Shown one piece after another: positions 46,927 to 57,652 of a stretch of 64,000 nucleotides of DNA; position 1 is the stretch's first letter, and the number at the start of each line of letters is the position of its first letter. Source of the DNA: a candidate division WWE3 bacterium (GTDB lineage Bacteria > Patescibacteriota > WWE3 > UBA101185 > UBA10185); assembly GCA_014729135.1 (NCBI GenBank), contig WJKK01000001.1:389462-453461 (forward strand), in the 5' to 3' direction. The position numbers were made by a program, and so were the translations under genes. Under the pieces are notes generated by a model, which made no database searches, was not told the DNA's origin, and saw nothing but the letters and a program-made list of their open reading frames with translations.

Positions 46927-47080
46927 TTTTTCCCAGCACATACACTTTTGCATATTTTATTTCAACTAGCCAAGAGGAATGTCAAGTGTAGTGAAGCTAC
47001 CTTGACTTTTTAGGTAAATGCGTGCGGAGCACCATTTAGCTATGCTGTCCCTTTTTTCCACCCATGCTAGAATACAAACC

Positions 47081-48310
47081 ATGAGGATAGCGGTCTTTAT
47101 TAAATCCACAACATTTCATGCTAATTTTGGCGGGTTGGAAACTCAAAACAAAGTTCTCTGTGAAGGTCTAGTAAAACGGGGTCATGACGTTTTAGTCTTT
47201 GCACCTCAACAAGAGCTCAAATTTGAAACCAAATACGAAAACGGGGTCAAATACCACTTCATCCCCTCCGTTTATCGCCTGCTCCGCTTTAACAAAAACA
47301 ATTGGTATTACAAATCTCAAGAAGCATTTCAAAAATTTCACAAAGAAAAATCCTTTGACCTCATACTTAGCCAAAGTTCTGCCGGAGTCGGCCCTATCTC
47401 TACAAAAGACACCTACAAAGTTCCCGCTATTTCCATCTCACATGGCACCATCCTTGGAGAGTTTCGAACACGCCTCCAAACGGCCACAGGACTTAAAGAA
47501 CTTTTAGCCCTAACAAAAGACACTCTATTTGTTCTTCATAACTTTTTTGGGCGTCAGCGCAAGTTTGTTCATGGTTCTGACAAAATCATTGCCGTATCTT
47601 CCGCTGTAAAAGAAGCTTTAGTTGAAGAGACCTTTACTCTGGAGGATAAAATAGAGGTGATAAACAATGGCATAGATCCCAAAAAGATAGAAAATGCCAA
47701 GCCTCCAGCGCATGACCATGCCTCGCCATCTAAAAAATCGATCCTTTATGTAGGGCAAATACAAAAGTCCAAAGGTTTGAATACTTTATTCAAATTAGCC
47801 CAAGAGCCCGAATTTAAGGATGTAGACTTTGAAGTGATTGGTGGGGGAGATTATCTGGAAGAACTTAGGCAAAAAACCAAATCCGCCAACATGCAGGATA
47901 AGTTTCGTCTTCATGGCAAACTTCCCTACGAGAAAGTGTTGGCTTATTTCAAAACCCCTTCAATAAAGTTATTTGCACTTCCCACTCAAAGAGTTGAAGG
48001 CTTCCCAATGGTCTTAGTAGAGGCGTTATTTGCAGGACTCCCTATAGTGGCTTATGATATAGGAGGCGTTTCAGATGCTGTGATTACGGGTAAGACAGGT
48101 TTTTTGGTTCCTGCAGGGGATTACGAAACTTTTAAGAAGCACGTCCTTGAGTTACTTTCGGATGTAGATTTACAGGAGAATCTCAGCAAACCCGCTAAAG
48201 ACTTTGCCTACAGTAATCTTACTTTGGAAGCTGTGTTATCAAGTTATGAGGAGGTTTTTGAGCAAGTAGTTGATTCGCAGGAGGAACCTGCAGAGGCTTC
48301 TGAACTTTAG
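47081..48310 (+). CDS. GT4 glycosyltransferase
   Basis: GGLE, NNGID, KG, EGFPMVLVEA. Confidence 0.92.
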   Translation: MRIAVFIKSTTFHANFGGLETQNKVLCEGLVKRGHDVLVFAPQQELKFETKYENGVKYHFIPSVYRLLRFNKNNWYYKSQEAFQKFHKEKSFDLILSQSSAGVGPISTKDTYKVPAISISHGTILGEFRTRLQTATGLKELLALTKDTLFVLHNFFGRQRKFVHGSDKIIAVSSAVKEALVEETFTLEDKIEVINNGIDPKKIENAKPPAHDHASPSKKSILYVGQIQKSKGLNTLFKLAQEPEFKDVDFEVIGGGDYLEELRQKTKSANMQDKFRLHGKLPYEKVLAYFKTPSIKLFALPTQRVEGFPMVLVEALFAGLPIVAYDIGGVSDAVITGKTGFLVPAGDYETFKKHVLELLSDVDLQENLSKPAKDFAYSNLTLEAVLSSYEEVFEQVVDSQEEPAEASEL

Positions 48311-48331
48311 TTAGAATTAAAAAATAAACAT

Positions 48332-49525
48332 ATGAAAATATTACGCATAATTTATGACTGGCCGGAACCTTGGGTAGGTTTGTCACCGCATCCGTATGAA
48401 CTTACCGTTTCACAGGCTAAAAAAGGGCATGAAATAACAGTCTTTGCAGGTCAATGGCCCCGATCCGGAAAAATGCAAACTCCCGAAAACGTTACCGTTA
48501 AAGGATTCATTCGCGAACCCCTTAAAGGAACACTTAACATAACGACGTCTATAGCTCTCTTTTTTTACTATTTAAAATGGCGCAAACAAAACACTCCGGA
48601 TGTGGTGCATGCGCATGGCCATTTTGCTATTTGGATTTATCTCTATCGACTCTTTTTAAAACGCTTCTTTAAAAAAGCTAAAGAGCTGGACATCCCTTTA
48701 GTAGCGCACTTCCACAATACGGTAGAGGGTCGCAAACAAAAACTTGAAAGTACGGGAGCTTCCATAGATCCAATTTCCCAATACCTTTCCTGGCCTTTAG
48801 CAAAGCTTTCAGATCAATGGGCAATTAAGGCAGCAGATGCTTACATTTTTGTTAGTGATGAGCTTAAAGAGGAGGCAAAAAAGTTCTATGGTGCTTCCGA
48901 GGAAAAAAGTTTTATTGTGGAGTCCGGAGTAAACGATGCACTTTTTAGACCGGTAGGCGAAGAAGAAAAGGAAAAAACCCGCCATGATTTGGATCTGGAT
49001 CGTTTAGATCGTGTAATCATTAATTACGGCATGATGGTGGAGCGCAAAAATATTCATGAGCTAATTCTTTCGCTTAAACATCTTCCCGAGAAATACAAAC
49101 TTTTGCTTGTTGGTCCAGGAGATAACGAATACCTGGAAAAACTTAACCAAATAATTAAAGACAACAAACTTACTTCGCGCATTATTCAGGCAGGCTACAC
49201 GCCTTATCCGCAAATTCCCATTGCACTTCAAGCAGCGGACATTTTTGTGCTTCCCTCCAGTTTTGAAGGAACGCCAAAAGTAGTTATGGAAAGTTTATCC
49301 TGTGGAGTTCCTGCTTTAGTTTCAGGGTTTAAGCTTTCGGAAGACATAAAAGGGTTGTTTTACCTTGATTCTACAGATGCTGAAACAATTGCCCGACAAA
49401 TTCGCGAAGTAGATCAGCAAAGCGTTTACGTTGATAGAGGAAAAGTGCATCAGTTATTTTCCTGGGCCACACGTGCTCAAAAAGTTGAGAAAGTCTATGA
49501 ATTTGTTACAAAGACTAAAAGCTAA
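48332..49525 (+). CDS. GT4 glycosyltransferase
   Basis: PDVVHAH, ERKN, FVLPSSFEGTPKVVMES. Confidence 0.9.
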   Translation: MKILRIIYDWPEPWVGLSPHPYELTVSQAKKGHEITVFAGQWPRSGKMQTPENVTVKGFIREPLKGTLNITTSIALFFYYLKWRKQNTPDVVHAHGHFAIWIYLYRLFLKRFFKKAKELDIPLVAHFHNTVEGRKQKLESTGASIDPISQYLSWPLAKLSDQWAIKAADAYIFVSDELKEEAKKFYGASEEKSFIVESGVNDALFRPVGEEEKEKTRHDLDLDRLDRVIINYGMMVERKNIHELILSLKHLPEKYKLLLVGPGDNEYLEKLNQIIKDNKLTSRIIQAGYTPYPQIPIALQAADIFVLPSSFEGTPKVVMESLSCGVPALVSGFKLSEDIKGLFYLDSTDAETIARQIREVDQQSVYVDRGKVHQLFSWATRAQKVEKVYEFVTKTKS

Positions 49526-51137
49526 ACCGCAACTTCTACTTTTTGCTCTCTTTTTTGCCTTCCACTTGCTGCTTTTAAATGTTAATTACGTGGAGTGGGG
49601 CGACTCTTACAGAATTTTGCGGGCTTCCGAATATATTAGGGATTTTAGTTATCCCCTTGATGAAAAGCGTCCTCCTTTGTATTCTGCGCTTCTTGCCTTG
49701 CGTCCTTTGAAAGATTTGGATCCTGTCTTTTGGGGTAAGGTTTTTATGCTTGCAGTGAGCGCTTTGTGTTTTTATGTTTTTTATCTGGTTTCCCGGGAGA
49801 TTTTTAAAAAGCATGCAAATTCAAAAAAGCTGACTTTAATTTCTTTGTTGTTTTTTGCTTTCAATCCGGTGTTTTTTTATTGGTCATTGCGTATTTATGC
49901 GGATGCTTTTTTTGCTCTTTTGGTTTTGCTGGCCCTTTTAGTTTATTTGAAGGACAAGGAGCTTACCCATTTTAAGACGTTTTTCTTTTTGGCTTTGCTT
50001 TCAGCTTTAGGGATTTTGACCCGTTTTGAAGGTTATCTTTTGGTGCTATCTCTTGGTCTAACTTTTTTGCTTAAGGGTTTTCAACGGATAGATTACACGT
50101 CCTTACAAACTCTGACTATTTCCAAGCTTTGGGACGTAATTAGAAAGCCTCTAACTTACGGTCTTTTAACTACTCTGTTGATTTTGCCTTATTGGATTTG
50201 GCGAAACCCCCTAGCATCCAGTTATTTTGAGGAGCCTTCAGGGCGTTCTTATGATTTAGTAATGCTGGCTCGTTATATTTTGTCACTAGCATTTTTATTT
50301 GGATTTACCCCCGCTTTTGCTTTTTTTGCGGGTAGTTACAAAAAGGCAGCTCACTTTTTTAAGGAGAATCTATTTGTGTTTATCTTTACTTTTCTAGAGT
50401 TGCTGCTTGTTTTGGCTTGGCCGGCCGCAGTTCCTCGTTTGTTCATTCCTGTAATTCCGCTGTTAATTTGGCCTTTAAGTATTTCTGTTTCAGCTTACTT
50501 TCGCTCTTTAAACGAGACTCCCTCAAATAATCACTTCTCCCGCATGACCCTGCCTCTTTTCTCACTAGGATTAACAGCACTTTACATTCTAGGGCAGCGC
50601 TTTATAACACTTCAGTTTTTGATTCCCTCTTTTAAGTTGGTTTTGGTGGTGGCTTTAATAAATCTGCTGGCCCTTTGGCCTCTCTACAAAAAATCCCTTG
50701 TTCCTTTTATGGCTCTAACCGCTCTATCAATAATCTTATGGTCAGCCGGAGTAATTTATGCCCATCGCAATATTTACAGCACTATTCGTCAAGGGCTTGA
50801 TTACTTAACAAATCCCGCAAATGATGTTTACGGAAGGGTGGCTTATAACGATTCCAGTAGTGTTTCGGATTGGTATCTAAATGAAAACCCCACTATTTTT
50901 TCTCAAGCACTTGAAGGGACCTATTTTGAATACGGCTCCTCTGAGCAACTTTCTCTTTCAAACCTGCAGGAGAAAGGTTATGACTACCTCCTTTTTACAA
51001 ACGAACACAATCCGGCTTTAGATGTTGACTTTGATAAGCGTCCTTATTTAAAGACTTTGGCAACTTTTGAGAAGGAGATAAATGGTAAAATGTTCTTCAC
51101 GAAAGTAATAGAGGTTATGGAGCCCTCAACGGAGTAA
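49497..51137 (+). CDS. GT-C-fold (ArnT/PMT-like) integral membrane glycosyltransferase
   Basis: multi-TM; WGDS after TM1, RPPLY, LTR.EG, PRLFIP. Confidence 0.7.
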   Translation: MNLLQRLKAKPQLLLFALFFAFHLLLLNVNYVEWGDSYRILRASEYIRDFSYPLDEKRPPLYSALLALRPLKDLDPVFWGKVFMLAVSALCFYVFYLVSREIFKKHANSKKLTLISLLFFAFNPVFFYWSLRIYADAFFALLVLLALLVYLKDKELTHFKTFFFLALLSALGILTRFEGYLLVLSLGLTFLLKGFQRIDYTSLQTLTISKLWDVIRKPLTYGLLTTLLILPYWIWRNPLASSYFEEPSGRSYDLVMLARYILSLAFLFGFTPAFAFFAGSYKKAAHFFKENLFVFIFTFLELLLVLAWPAAVPRLFIPVIPLLIWPLSISVSAYFRSLNETPSNNHFSRMTLPLFSLGLTALYILGQRFITLQFLIPSFKLVLVVALINLLALWPLYKKSLVPFMALTALSIILWSAGVIYAHRNIYSTIRQGLDYLTNPANDVYGRVAYNDSSSVSDWYLNENPTIFSQALEGTYFEYGSSEQLSLSNLQEKGYDYLLFTNEHNPALDVDFDKRPYLKTLATFEKEINGKMFFTKVIEVMEPSTE

Positions 51138-51203
51138 AAAGCGGTGAAACCCTCCTTGGAGCTGGCGTCAAAAAACAAATCTAAAAGCTGATACAATTTT
51201 TAT

Positions 51204-51896
51204 ATGAAATTATCAATCGTAATACCGGTTTACAACGAAAAAGACACACTTAAAAAGCTTCTTAAAAAAGTTGAAGAGGTTGATTTGGAAGGCGTGGAAA
51301 AGGAGTTTGTTTTAGTGGACGATGCCTCTTCTGATGGTTCTGCAGAATTATTAAAAGAGATTCAAAAAGAAAATCCTGAATATAAAACTTACTTTCATTT
51401 AACAAATCAAGGTAAAGGCGCAAGTTTGCGGGATGCTTTTCAGTTAACTACAGGTGATTACGTAATTGTTCAGGATGCTGACTTAGAGTACGATCCGCAA
51501 GATTATAAAAAGCTTTTGCGAGCTTTAGAGGAGGAGCATGTTGATGTTGTTTATGGTTCCCGTTTTTCGGGAAGTTACAAAGATATGACCGGTCTTCATT
51601 ATATTGGTAACAAAGCCTTAACGCTTCTTACCAATATTTTGTATGGTGTGATGCTGACGGATATGGAAACTTGTTATAAGCTTTTGCCGGGGGATTTTGT
51701 GCGCAGTTTAAAGATCAAGTCTAATCGTTTTAATTTTGAGCCTGAAATAACGGCAAAAATCCTAAAGTCAGGTATGAAAATAGTGGAGGTGCCCATTTCC
51801 TATGAGGGTCGCTCCTTTGAGGAAGGTAAAAAAATTACTTGGCGCGATGGTATTTCTGCTTTGGCAACTTTAATTTTGTTTAGGTTTACCGACTAG
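51204..51896 (+). CDS. GT2 polyprenol-phosphate glycosyltransferase
   Basis: VIPVYNE, QDADLEYDP, YGSRF, TDMETCYK, GKKITWRDG. Confidence 0.92.
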   Translation: MKLSIVIPVYNEKDTLKKLLKKVEEVDLEGVEKEFVLVDDASSDGSAELLKEIQKENPEYKTYFHLTNQGKGASLRDAFQLTTGDYVIVQDADLEYDPQDYKKLLRALEEEHVDVVYGSRFSGSYKDMTGLHYIGNKALTLLTNILYGVMLTDMETCYKLLPGDFVRSLKIKSNRFNFEPEITAKILKSGMKIVEVPISYEGRSFEEGKKITWRDGISALATLILFRFTD

Positions 51897-51986
51897 GCAT
51901 CCGTTAAATGTGGACTGGTATGTGCGAGAGCATGGACGCAGGAACAAGCGTAGGCAAGAAATGCCTCTTAAATCAACACTAAAACT

Positions 51987-54089
51987 ATGCAGAAGTTTAT
52001 TAATTTTATAAAAAAGAACTTCTTTCTAATTGCCTTAGCCCTTTATTCTCTAGGCTTTTTGGCTGTAAACGTCAAAATGAACCTCTTTAGCTATCATAAC
52101 TTTGATTTTGGGAAGTTTGACCTAGGGAACATGACCCAAATGGTTTGGAATACTATGCATGGGCGTTTCCTTTACCTAACGGATTATTTTGGTACGAATA
52201 TGCCTCGGTGGGGAATGAGTCATGTTGATCCTATTTTGGTCCTGTTTGTTCCGGTCTTTTTCTTTTTTCAGTCTCCTTTAACTTTGGTTTTTTCGCAGTT
52301 GATTTTAGTAACGGCAACTTCTTTTCTAATTTACAAACTGGCAGAGCTTAAACTTAAATCCTCTTTAACAGCATTTTTGTTAGCTTTGTCCTACCTTTTA
52401 TATCCTGCTGTTGGGTTTTTAACAGCTAGAACAGGCTTTCATGGAGTCACCTCCGCAATTTTCTTTTTTACGGCAACCTTCTATGTTTTTGAGCTTATGT
52501 ATGAGAAAAATAATTTTTCAACAAAGTGGCTAAGTCTTTTTTGGGTTCTAGCTGCAATCACAATGAGCGGTAAGGAGCAAATTCCCTTGTATACTTTTTT
52601 CTTTGGTCTTTTTATTTGGCTTTACCGTGGGAAGAAAAAACTAGGGCTAACCCTCTCCGGAGTTTCTTTTGCTTGGTTTGTAGCTGCTTTTTTCATTATT
52701 ATTCCGGCCTTTGCAGATTATCGTATTGAAGGTTATCGGGATTTTGCCACTAATCTGGGGCTTTCCGGAGACTCCCTTACGGACGTTACAAGCTCAAACT
52801 ACTTTCTAAGCCGTTACGAAGAATTTGGCGAAACCTATACAGAAGTAATGTGGGGAATGGTTACACATCCGGGCCAGGTTGCTCGCGTGTTTTTTGGCGG
52901 AGAAAAGATGAAAAACTTTAAAGAAACGCTACTTCCTGTGGGCTACATTCCTTTTGTTTATCCGGCAACGTTTATAATGGCCCTGCCCGATTTTCTAATC
53001 AACTATTTAACTACTGCCGGTGGAATTGGTACTGCCGAAATTTACAATCATAGGGTTTCCATGATTGTACCGGTTGTTTTTATTTCTGTTATTTTTAGCA
53101 TTCAGTTTTTAGCAGGGGTCGTTAGCAAGTGGCAGCCAAAGCTTAAATACAATTACGTTTTGATCTCTTTAGCAGGTTTAATTTTAGGTTTAAACATCTA
53201 TACAAGTTTTAAATTTAATAATCCCGTTTACTTGTGGATTGAGCAAGCTGTTCGTAAAAGGGTGATTCATTTTGTGCATGCAAAGACTTTGGATGATGAG
53301 GTTGATCTAAATGATTTGGAAATAGGCGATGTGGAACGCTTTTCCCACTTGGAAAACAAGGATCGCGAATGTGCTTCAAATATTGTCCAAATGATTCGCC
53401 AAAAGGAGCAAGACGTAGAGGAAAGATTTTCAATTTCAGGTCCCGATTATTTAGGGGCGCACCTTTCTATGCGAGAAACTTATGCAATTTTCCCGGCCCT
53501 TTATAATGAAGCAGATTACGTTATTGTGGATGTTTTTTCTAAAAAAATTATGCGAATTTTAGATGCAGACGTTAATTTAGTTCGTGATGTAGTTGAAGAT
53601 ATTATTAGAAATCCTGATTATAAGCTTGCTGCCGGTTGTGGAAATCTTTTTGTTTTTGAAAAGGTTGGAGCACATGAAAAAGATTCTAAGCTTCCTTTGC
53701 AAGAACGTTATGCCTTTGAAGAAAAGCTTGATCTTGAAATCTTTAAGACACTTACAGTTGTAGATTATTCCTTGCCTACGGAGCTAACTCGTGGTGAAAA
53801 CTCCAATTTAGAAATTGCTTACGTTAAAAGGGGAGACGATGCTTTAGACGGCTACTTTTTGTTTTTGACGTTTGTAAATGAAGAAACTGAGGAGATGTAT
53901 CAGGTGGCAAATCTTCCCTCGTTTAGTTTGTATGAGCTTCCCGACTGGACAGAGGACCGTTATTATATTGAAAATCTAGAGCTTGCCTTGCCGGAGTTTT
54001 TGGATGCGGGAGATTATAAGGTTTTTGTAGGCATGTCTAACATTATTCGCACACGCAGTCTTTATTTAGGCGATGTTGTTGTAAAGTAG
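51987..54089 (+). CDS. DUF2079-like GT-C membrane protein
   Basis: FDLG...Q.VWN..HG, H..PIL, FH, KE; multi-TM plus C-terminal soluble domain. Confidence 0.75.
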   Translation: MQKFINFIKKNFFLIALALYSLGFLAVNVKMNLFSYHNFDFGKFDLGNMTQMVWNTMHGRFLYLTDYFGTNMPRWGMSHVDPILVLFVPVFFFFQSPLTLVFSQLILVTATSFLIYKLAELKLKSSLTAFLLALSYLLYPAVGFLTARTGFHGVTSAIFFFTATFYVFELMYEKNNFSTKWLSLFWVLAAITMSGKEQIPLYTFFFGLFIWLYRGKKKLGLTLSGVSFAWFVAAFFIIIPAFADYRIEGYRDFATNLGLSGDSLTDVTSSNYFLSRYEEFGETYTEVMWGMVTHPGQVARVFFGGEKMKNFKETLLPVGYIPFVYPATFIMALPDFLINYLTTAGGIGTAEIYNHRVSMIVPVVFISVIFSIQFLAGVVSKWQPKLKYNYVLISLAGLILGLNIYTSFKFNNPVYLWIEQAVRKRVIHFVHAKTLDDEVDLNDLEIGDVERFSHLENKDRECASNIVQMIRQKEQDVEERFSISGPDYLGAHLSMRETYAIFPALYNEADYVIVDVFSKKIMRILDADVNLVRDVVEDIIRNPDYKLAAGCGNLFVFEKVGAHEKDSKLPLQERYAFEEKLDLEIFKTLTVVDYSLPTELTRGENSNLEIAYVKRGDDALDGYFLFLTFVNEETEEMYQVANLPSFSLYELPDWTEDRYYIENLELALPEFLDAGDYKVFVGMSNIIRTRSLYLGDVVVK

Positions 54090-54095
54090 GTTTAT

Positions 54096-55595
54096 ATGAA
54101 GTCATTAGTTAAATTGCAAGTTTATAGTTTCATTTCGCGAATGAGTGCTATGCTTTTGGGAATGATTCAGACGTTTGTAATTGTTCGTGTCCTGACAGTT
54201 TCCGAGTGGGGAGTTGTGCAGTTGGCTGCTTCCATTGGAGGTGCCTTTGGAATTTACCAGCATCTTGGCCTTTCCTCCGGTTCTACCCGGGAGATTTCCG
54301 CTGCCAAGGACGATGAAGATGTTTTTAAGATTTTTTTGACCGGTTTAATAATTCGCTATTTGGTGACAATTCCCATTGCTTTATTTTTGTTTTTCTCTGC
54401 AAATAACCTAGCCCTAAATAAATATAGTAATGCTGCTCTAATTTTGCCTATTAAGCTTTACGCATTGGTTTTAATTGTTGAAAGTGCTCAAAGCATTTTA
54501 AATTCAGTAATTTCTGGAACCAAGCGCTTCAAACAGCTTTTCATTTATCAATCCTTGATAGCTTTAATTAGCGTCTGCATTTATATTCCTTTAGTCTACT
54601 TTTTTAAAGTTAATGGCTACTTTTATGCCTTGGCTTTGTTTAATTTAATTGGGACTTTAACTTTAACTGTTGTAGCTTTTAAGCCCTATTTAGGAAAGAT
54701 CTCGCTACCTTCCAAAGAAGATTTTGTGCGCTTGTTTAAAGAGCTTTTGTCTATTAGTTTGGCAATTTATGTGGTTAAGATAATTTATACGTGGTGGGAA
54801 AAGTCCGGCGCTTTATTGTTGGGGCTTGATTTAAGTTCTGAAATGGTGGCCTTCTTTTCTTTTGCGCTTTTGTATGGCAAGAAGTTGATGTTAATTTCGG
54901 ATTCAGCTACAACTGTTAATTTGCCGGTTTTATCAGAAAAGTTTACGGAGAATTTATATGAGTTTAAGGAGCTTTTCGTTAATAATTTTAATAAGCTTTA
55001 TGTTTTTATTTTAGGGGCGGGTTTTGCAGCTGTGTTTTGGGCTCGAGAAATCTTTTACGTTTTAGTTGGAGGTAATAAGTATGATTCTTCGTTGCCTCTA
55101 GTTTTGCCTTTGGTTTTTGCTTTTGTTTTTTATTCGCTTATTAACATAATTAAATCAAGTATTGTGATTCCGGCTAAGAAGGTGTTTATTATGATTGCCA
55201 GTTTTGTAATTATGATTGTTGTAACTGTAGGAGGGTTCTTTTTGTTTGGGGATAAACTGGATCCCTTGATTGCCATGGCGTATTTTGTGGCTCTGGGGAG
55301 TTTTTCCGGGCTATTGTTTATGAGTTTTGCCGGTTCTTTTAAGTTGCAGTTTAATATTTTAGGTTGGAAGCACTTTGTTTTGCTTGTTCAGGTTTTGGGA
55401 ATGTCTTTAAGCTTTTTACTGCAGAATGTATGGTTGAAAGTAATTTTATTCATTGTTTTTGTTTGGCTTTATTGGTGGGCAGTTACATTAACAGGATTTT
55501 TAACAAAGGAGCATGTCTTTATTGCCAAGGAGTTGGTTTTGTCTAAGTTAGGGGAGCTAAGGGCTAGGTTTAGGAGAGTGGAGGGAGAAATTTAA
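54096..55595 (+). CDS. Wzx/MOP-family flippase
   Basis: about 12-14 TM; LGLSSGSTREIS, LPVLS pattern. Confidence 0.8.
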   Translation: MKSLVKLQVYSFISRMSAMLLGMIQTFVIVRVLTVSEWGVVQLAASIGGAFGIYQHLGLSSGSTREISAAKDDEDVFKIFLTGLIIRYLVTIPIALFLFFSANNLALNKYSNAALILPIKLYALVLIVESAQSILNSVISGTKRFKQLFIYQSLIALISVCIYIPLVYFFKVNGYFYALALFNLIGTLTLTVVAFKPYLGKISLPSKEDFVRLFKELLSISLAIYVVKIIYTWWEKSGALLLGLDLSSEMVAFFSFALLYGKKLMLISDSATTVNLPVLSEKFTENLYEFKELFVNNFNKLYVFILGAGFAAVFWAREIFYVLVGGNKYDSSLPLVLPLVFAFVFYSLINIIKSSIVIPAKKVFIMIASFVIMIVVTVGGFFLFGDKLDPLIAMAYFVALGSFSGLLFMSFAGSFKLQFNILGWKHFVLLVQVLGMSLSFLLQNVWLKVILFIVFVWLYWWAVTLTGFLTKEHVFIAKELVLSKLGELRARFRRVEGEI

Positions 55596-55598
55596 AAA

Positions 55599-56156
55599 TT
55601 GAAAGTAATAGTTGGTTCTAAAAATCCGGTTAAGCTGGGAGCTGTTGTCAGCGCCTTTGAAGCGATGTTTCCTGGAATTTCATTTGAATTTGAAGGGGTT
55701 TCAGTAGCTTCTGGTGTAAGTGATCAACCTATGTCCGAAGAGGAAACTTTGGAGGGTGCTGAAATTAGAGCTCGTAATGCTCGGGAATCTTCTCCGGAAG
55801 CGACTTATTGGGTTGGTGTTGAAGGTGGTTTGGAAAAAGACTCCTTTGGGTTGCGGTGTTTTAGTTGGGTAGTTGTTCTTGGAAATTCTTCGTGCGTTGG
55901 AAAGGGTTCCTCCGGTAGTTTTTACCTTCCCGCTAAGATTAGCTCTTTAATTGCTGATGGAAAAACTCTAGGTGAAGCAGATGATTTGGTTTTTGATCGA
56001 AAAGATTCATCCAAGAAAGCTGGGGCGATAGGGCTCTTAACCGGAGGAGTAATTAATCGAGAGACTTTTTATTTTCCCGCTGTTGTTAGAGCCCTAATTC
56101 CCCATTTGAATAGTGATTTGTACCCCCATAGTGACTCTCCTAAGCATTCAATATGA
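55599..56156 (+). CDS. yjjX: inosine/xanthosine triphosphatase
   Basis: VGSKNPVK, SGVSDQP, GVEGG, GAIGLLT. Confidence 0.9.
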   Translation: MKVIVGSKNPVKLGAVVSAFEAMFPGISFEFEGVSVASGVSDQPMSEEETLEGAEIRARNARESSPEATYWVGVEGGLEKDSFGLRCFSWVVVLGNSSCVGKGSSGSFYLPAKISSLIADGKTLGEADDLVFDRKDSSKKAGAIGLLTGGVINRETFYFPAVVRALIPHLNSDLYPHSDSPKHSI

Positions 56157-56224
56157 ATCCTAAGAAGGTATTAAACTTTTTTCATTCTTTTTTTCAATTT
56201 ACTTCAAGTGTGTATAATACCTCC

Positions 56225-57652
56225 ATGGCTTTAGAAAAGCGAAACATCACATCCCAAAAAGAAAGCTTTGCAAAGTGGTATCAAGATGTAGTTCGAGAGG
56301 CAGAATTAGCTGAAAATTCCGATGTGAGAGGTTGCGGTATTGTTAAGCCCTACGGTTTTAAGATCTGGAAACTTATTAAAGAAGAACTCTCCCGAAAAAT
56401 AGATTCTTCCGGTGTTGAAGAGGTGTATTTTCCAATGTTTATACCTCTAAGTAATTTAAATGCGGAAGCTGCTCATGTGGAGGGATTTTCTCCTGAACTT
56501 GCGGTTGTAACTCATGGCGGCGGAAAAGAATTGGAGGAACCTTTGGCTGTTCGCCCTACAAGTGAATCTTCTATGTATCCAACTTTTGGTAAGTGGATAC
56601 AAAGTTATAGAGATTTACCTTTGAGAGTTAATCAATGGAATAATGTTGTGCGCTGGGAAAAACGTCCTCGTCCCTTTTTACGTTGGTCGGAGTTTCTTTG
56701 GCAAGAGGGCCACACAGCTTTTGCAACAGAAAAGGCAGCTCGTAAGGAAGTCCGGGAAATGCTTGAAATGTATAAAGATTTATATGAGTACATGGCTATT
56801 CCCAGTTTTATAGGACGTAAGTCAACTTTGGAAAAATTTGCGGGAGCCGAGATGACTACAACAGTAGAGCTTATGGTTCGCGACGGAAAAGCTATTCAAG
56901 GAGCAACAAGTCACTATTTGGGTACTAACTTTGCTAAAGTTTTTGATGTCCAATATTTAGGTGAAGATGGAGATTTGCATTATTGTCATCAAAATAGTTG
57001 GGGATTAAGTTGGCGCTCTGTTGGTGCCGTTATTATGGCTCATGGTGATGACAGTGGTTTAAGGCTTCCCCCAAATATAGCACCTATACAAGTTGTTATT
57101 GTTCCTATATATAAGGAGGATACACGCTCTAAGGTTTTGGAGTTTGCGGAAAATTTGAAAGAGGAGTTGAGCGATTTTAGAGTTGCGGTAGATCTACGAG
57201 ATGATCAAACTCCCGGTTTTAAATTTAACCATTGGGAGGTTAAGGGAGTTCCTTTGCGTTTGGAGGTAGGAGCTCGTGAAATTGATGAAGGTAAAATTAC
57301 TGTTTTTCGCAGGGACCTAAATGCCAAAACTTCTATTCCTTTAGTTGACTTGTCAAATCAGGTTGAGGGGCTTTTAAAATCTGTTTATACTGAATTATTT
57401 AAACAGGCCAAGGATTTTTCCAGTCGGCATATTCATAGAATAGAAAGTATTGACGATATTAATGATCAAGTAGGCTTTTTTGAGGCAAGTTGGTGTGAGA
57501 GTGTGGAGTCCGAAAAACTCTTAAAAGAGAAATTTTCCATGGTTTCAAGGGTTTTACCGCGTGAGTTTGAAGACAAGGAGCCAAAAAACGAGAAGTGTTT
57601 TATAACGGGAGAACCTGCTAAACATGATTGGCTTTTTGCCAAGTCTTATTGA
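56225..57652 (+). CDS. proS: proline--tRNA ligase, archaeal/eukaryotic type
   Basis: HVEGFSPE, RPTSE, FLWQEGHT, SHYLG.NF, C-terminal FAKSY. Confidence 0.95.
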   Translation: MALEKRNITSQKESFAKWYQDVVREAELAENSDVRGCGIVKPYGFKIWKLIKEELSRKIDSSGVEEVYFPMFIPLSNLNAEAAHVEGFSPELAVVTHGGGKELEEPLAVRPTSESSMYPTFGKWIQSYRDLPLRVNQWNNVVRWEKRPRPFLRWSEFLWQEGHTAFATEKAARKEVREMLEMYKDLYEYMAIPSFIGRKSTLEKFAGAEMTTTVELMVRDGKAIQGATSHYLGTNFAKVFDVQYLGEDGDLHYCHQNSWGLSWRSVGAVIMAHGDDSGLRLPPNIAPIQVVIVPIYKEDTRSKVLEFAENLKEELSDFRVAVDLRDDQTPGFKFNHWEVKGVPLRLEVGAREIDEGKITVFRRDLNAKTSIPLVDLSNQVEGLLKSVYTELFKQAKDFSSRHIHRIESIDDINDQVGFFEASWCESVESEKLLKEKFSMVSRVLPREFEDKEPKNEKCFITGEPAKHDWLFAKSY

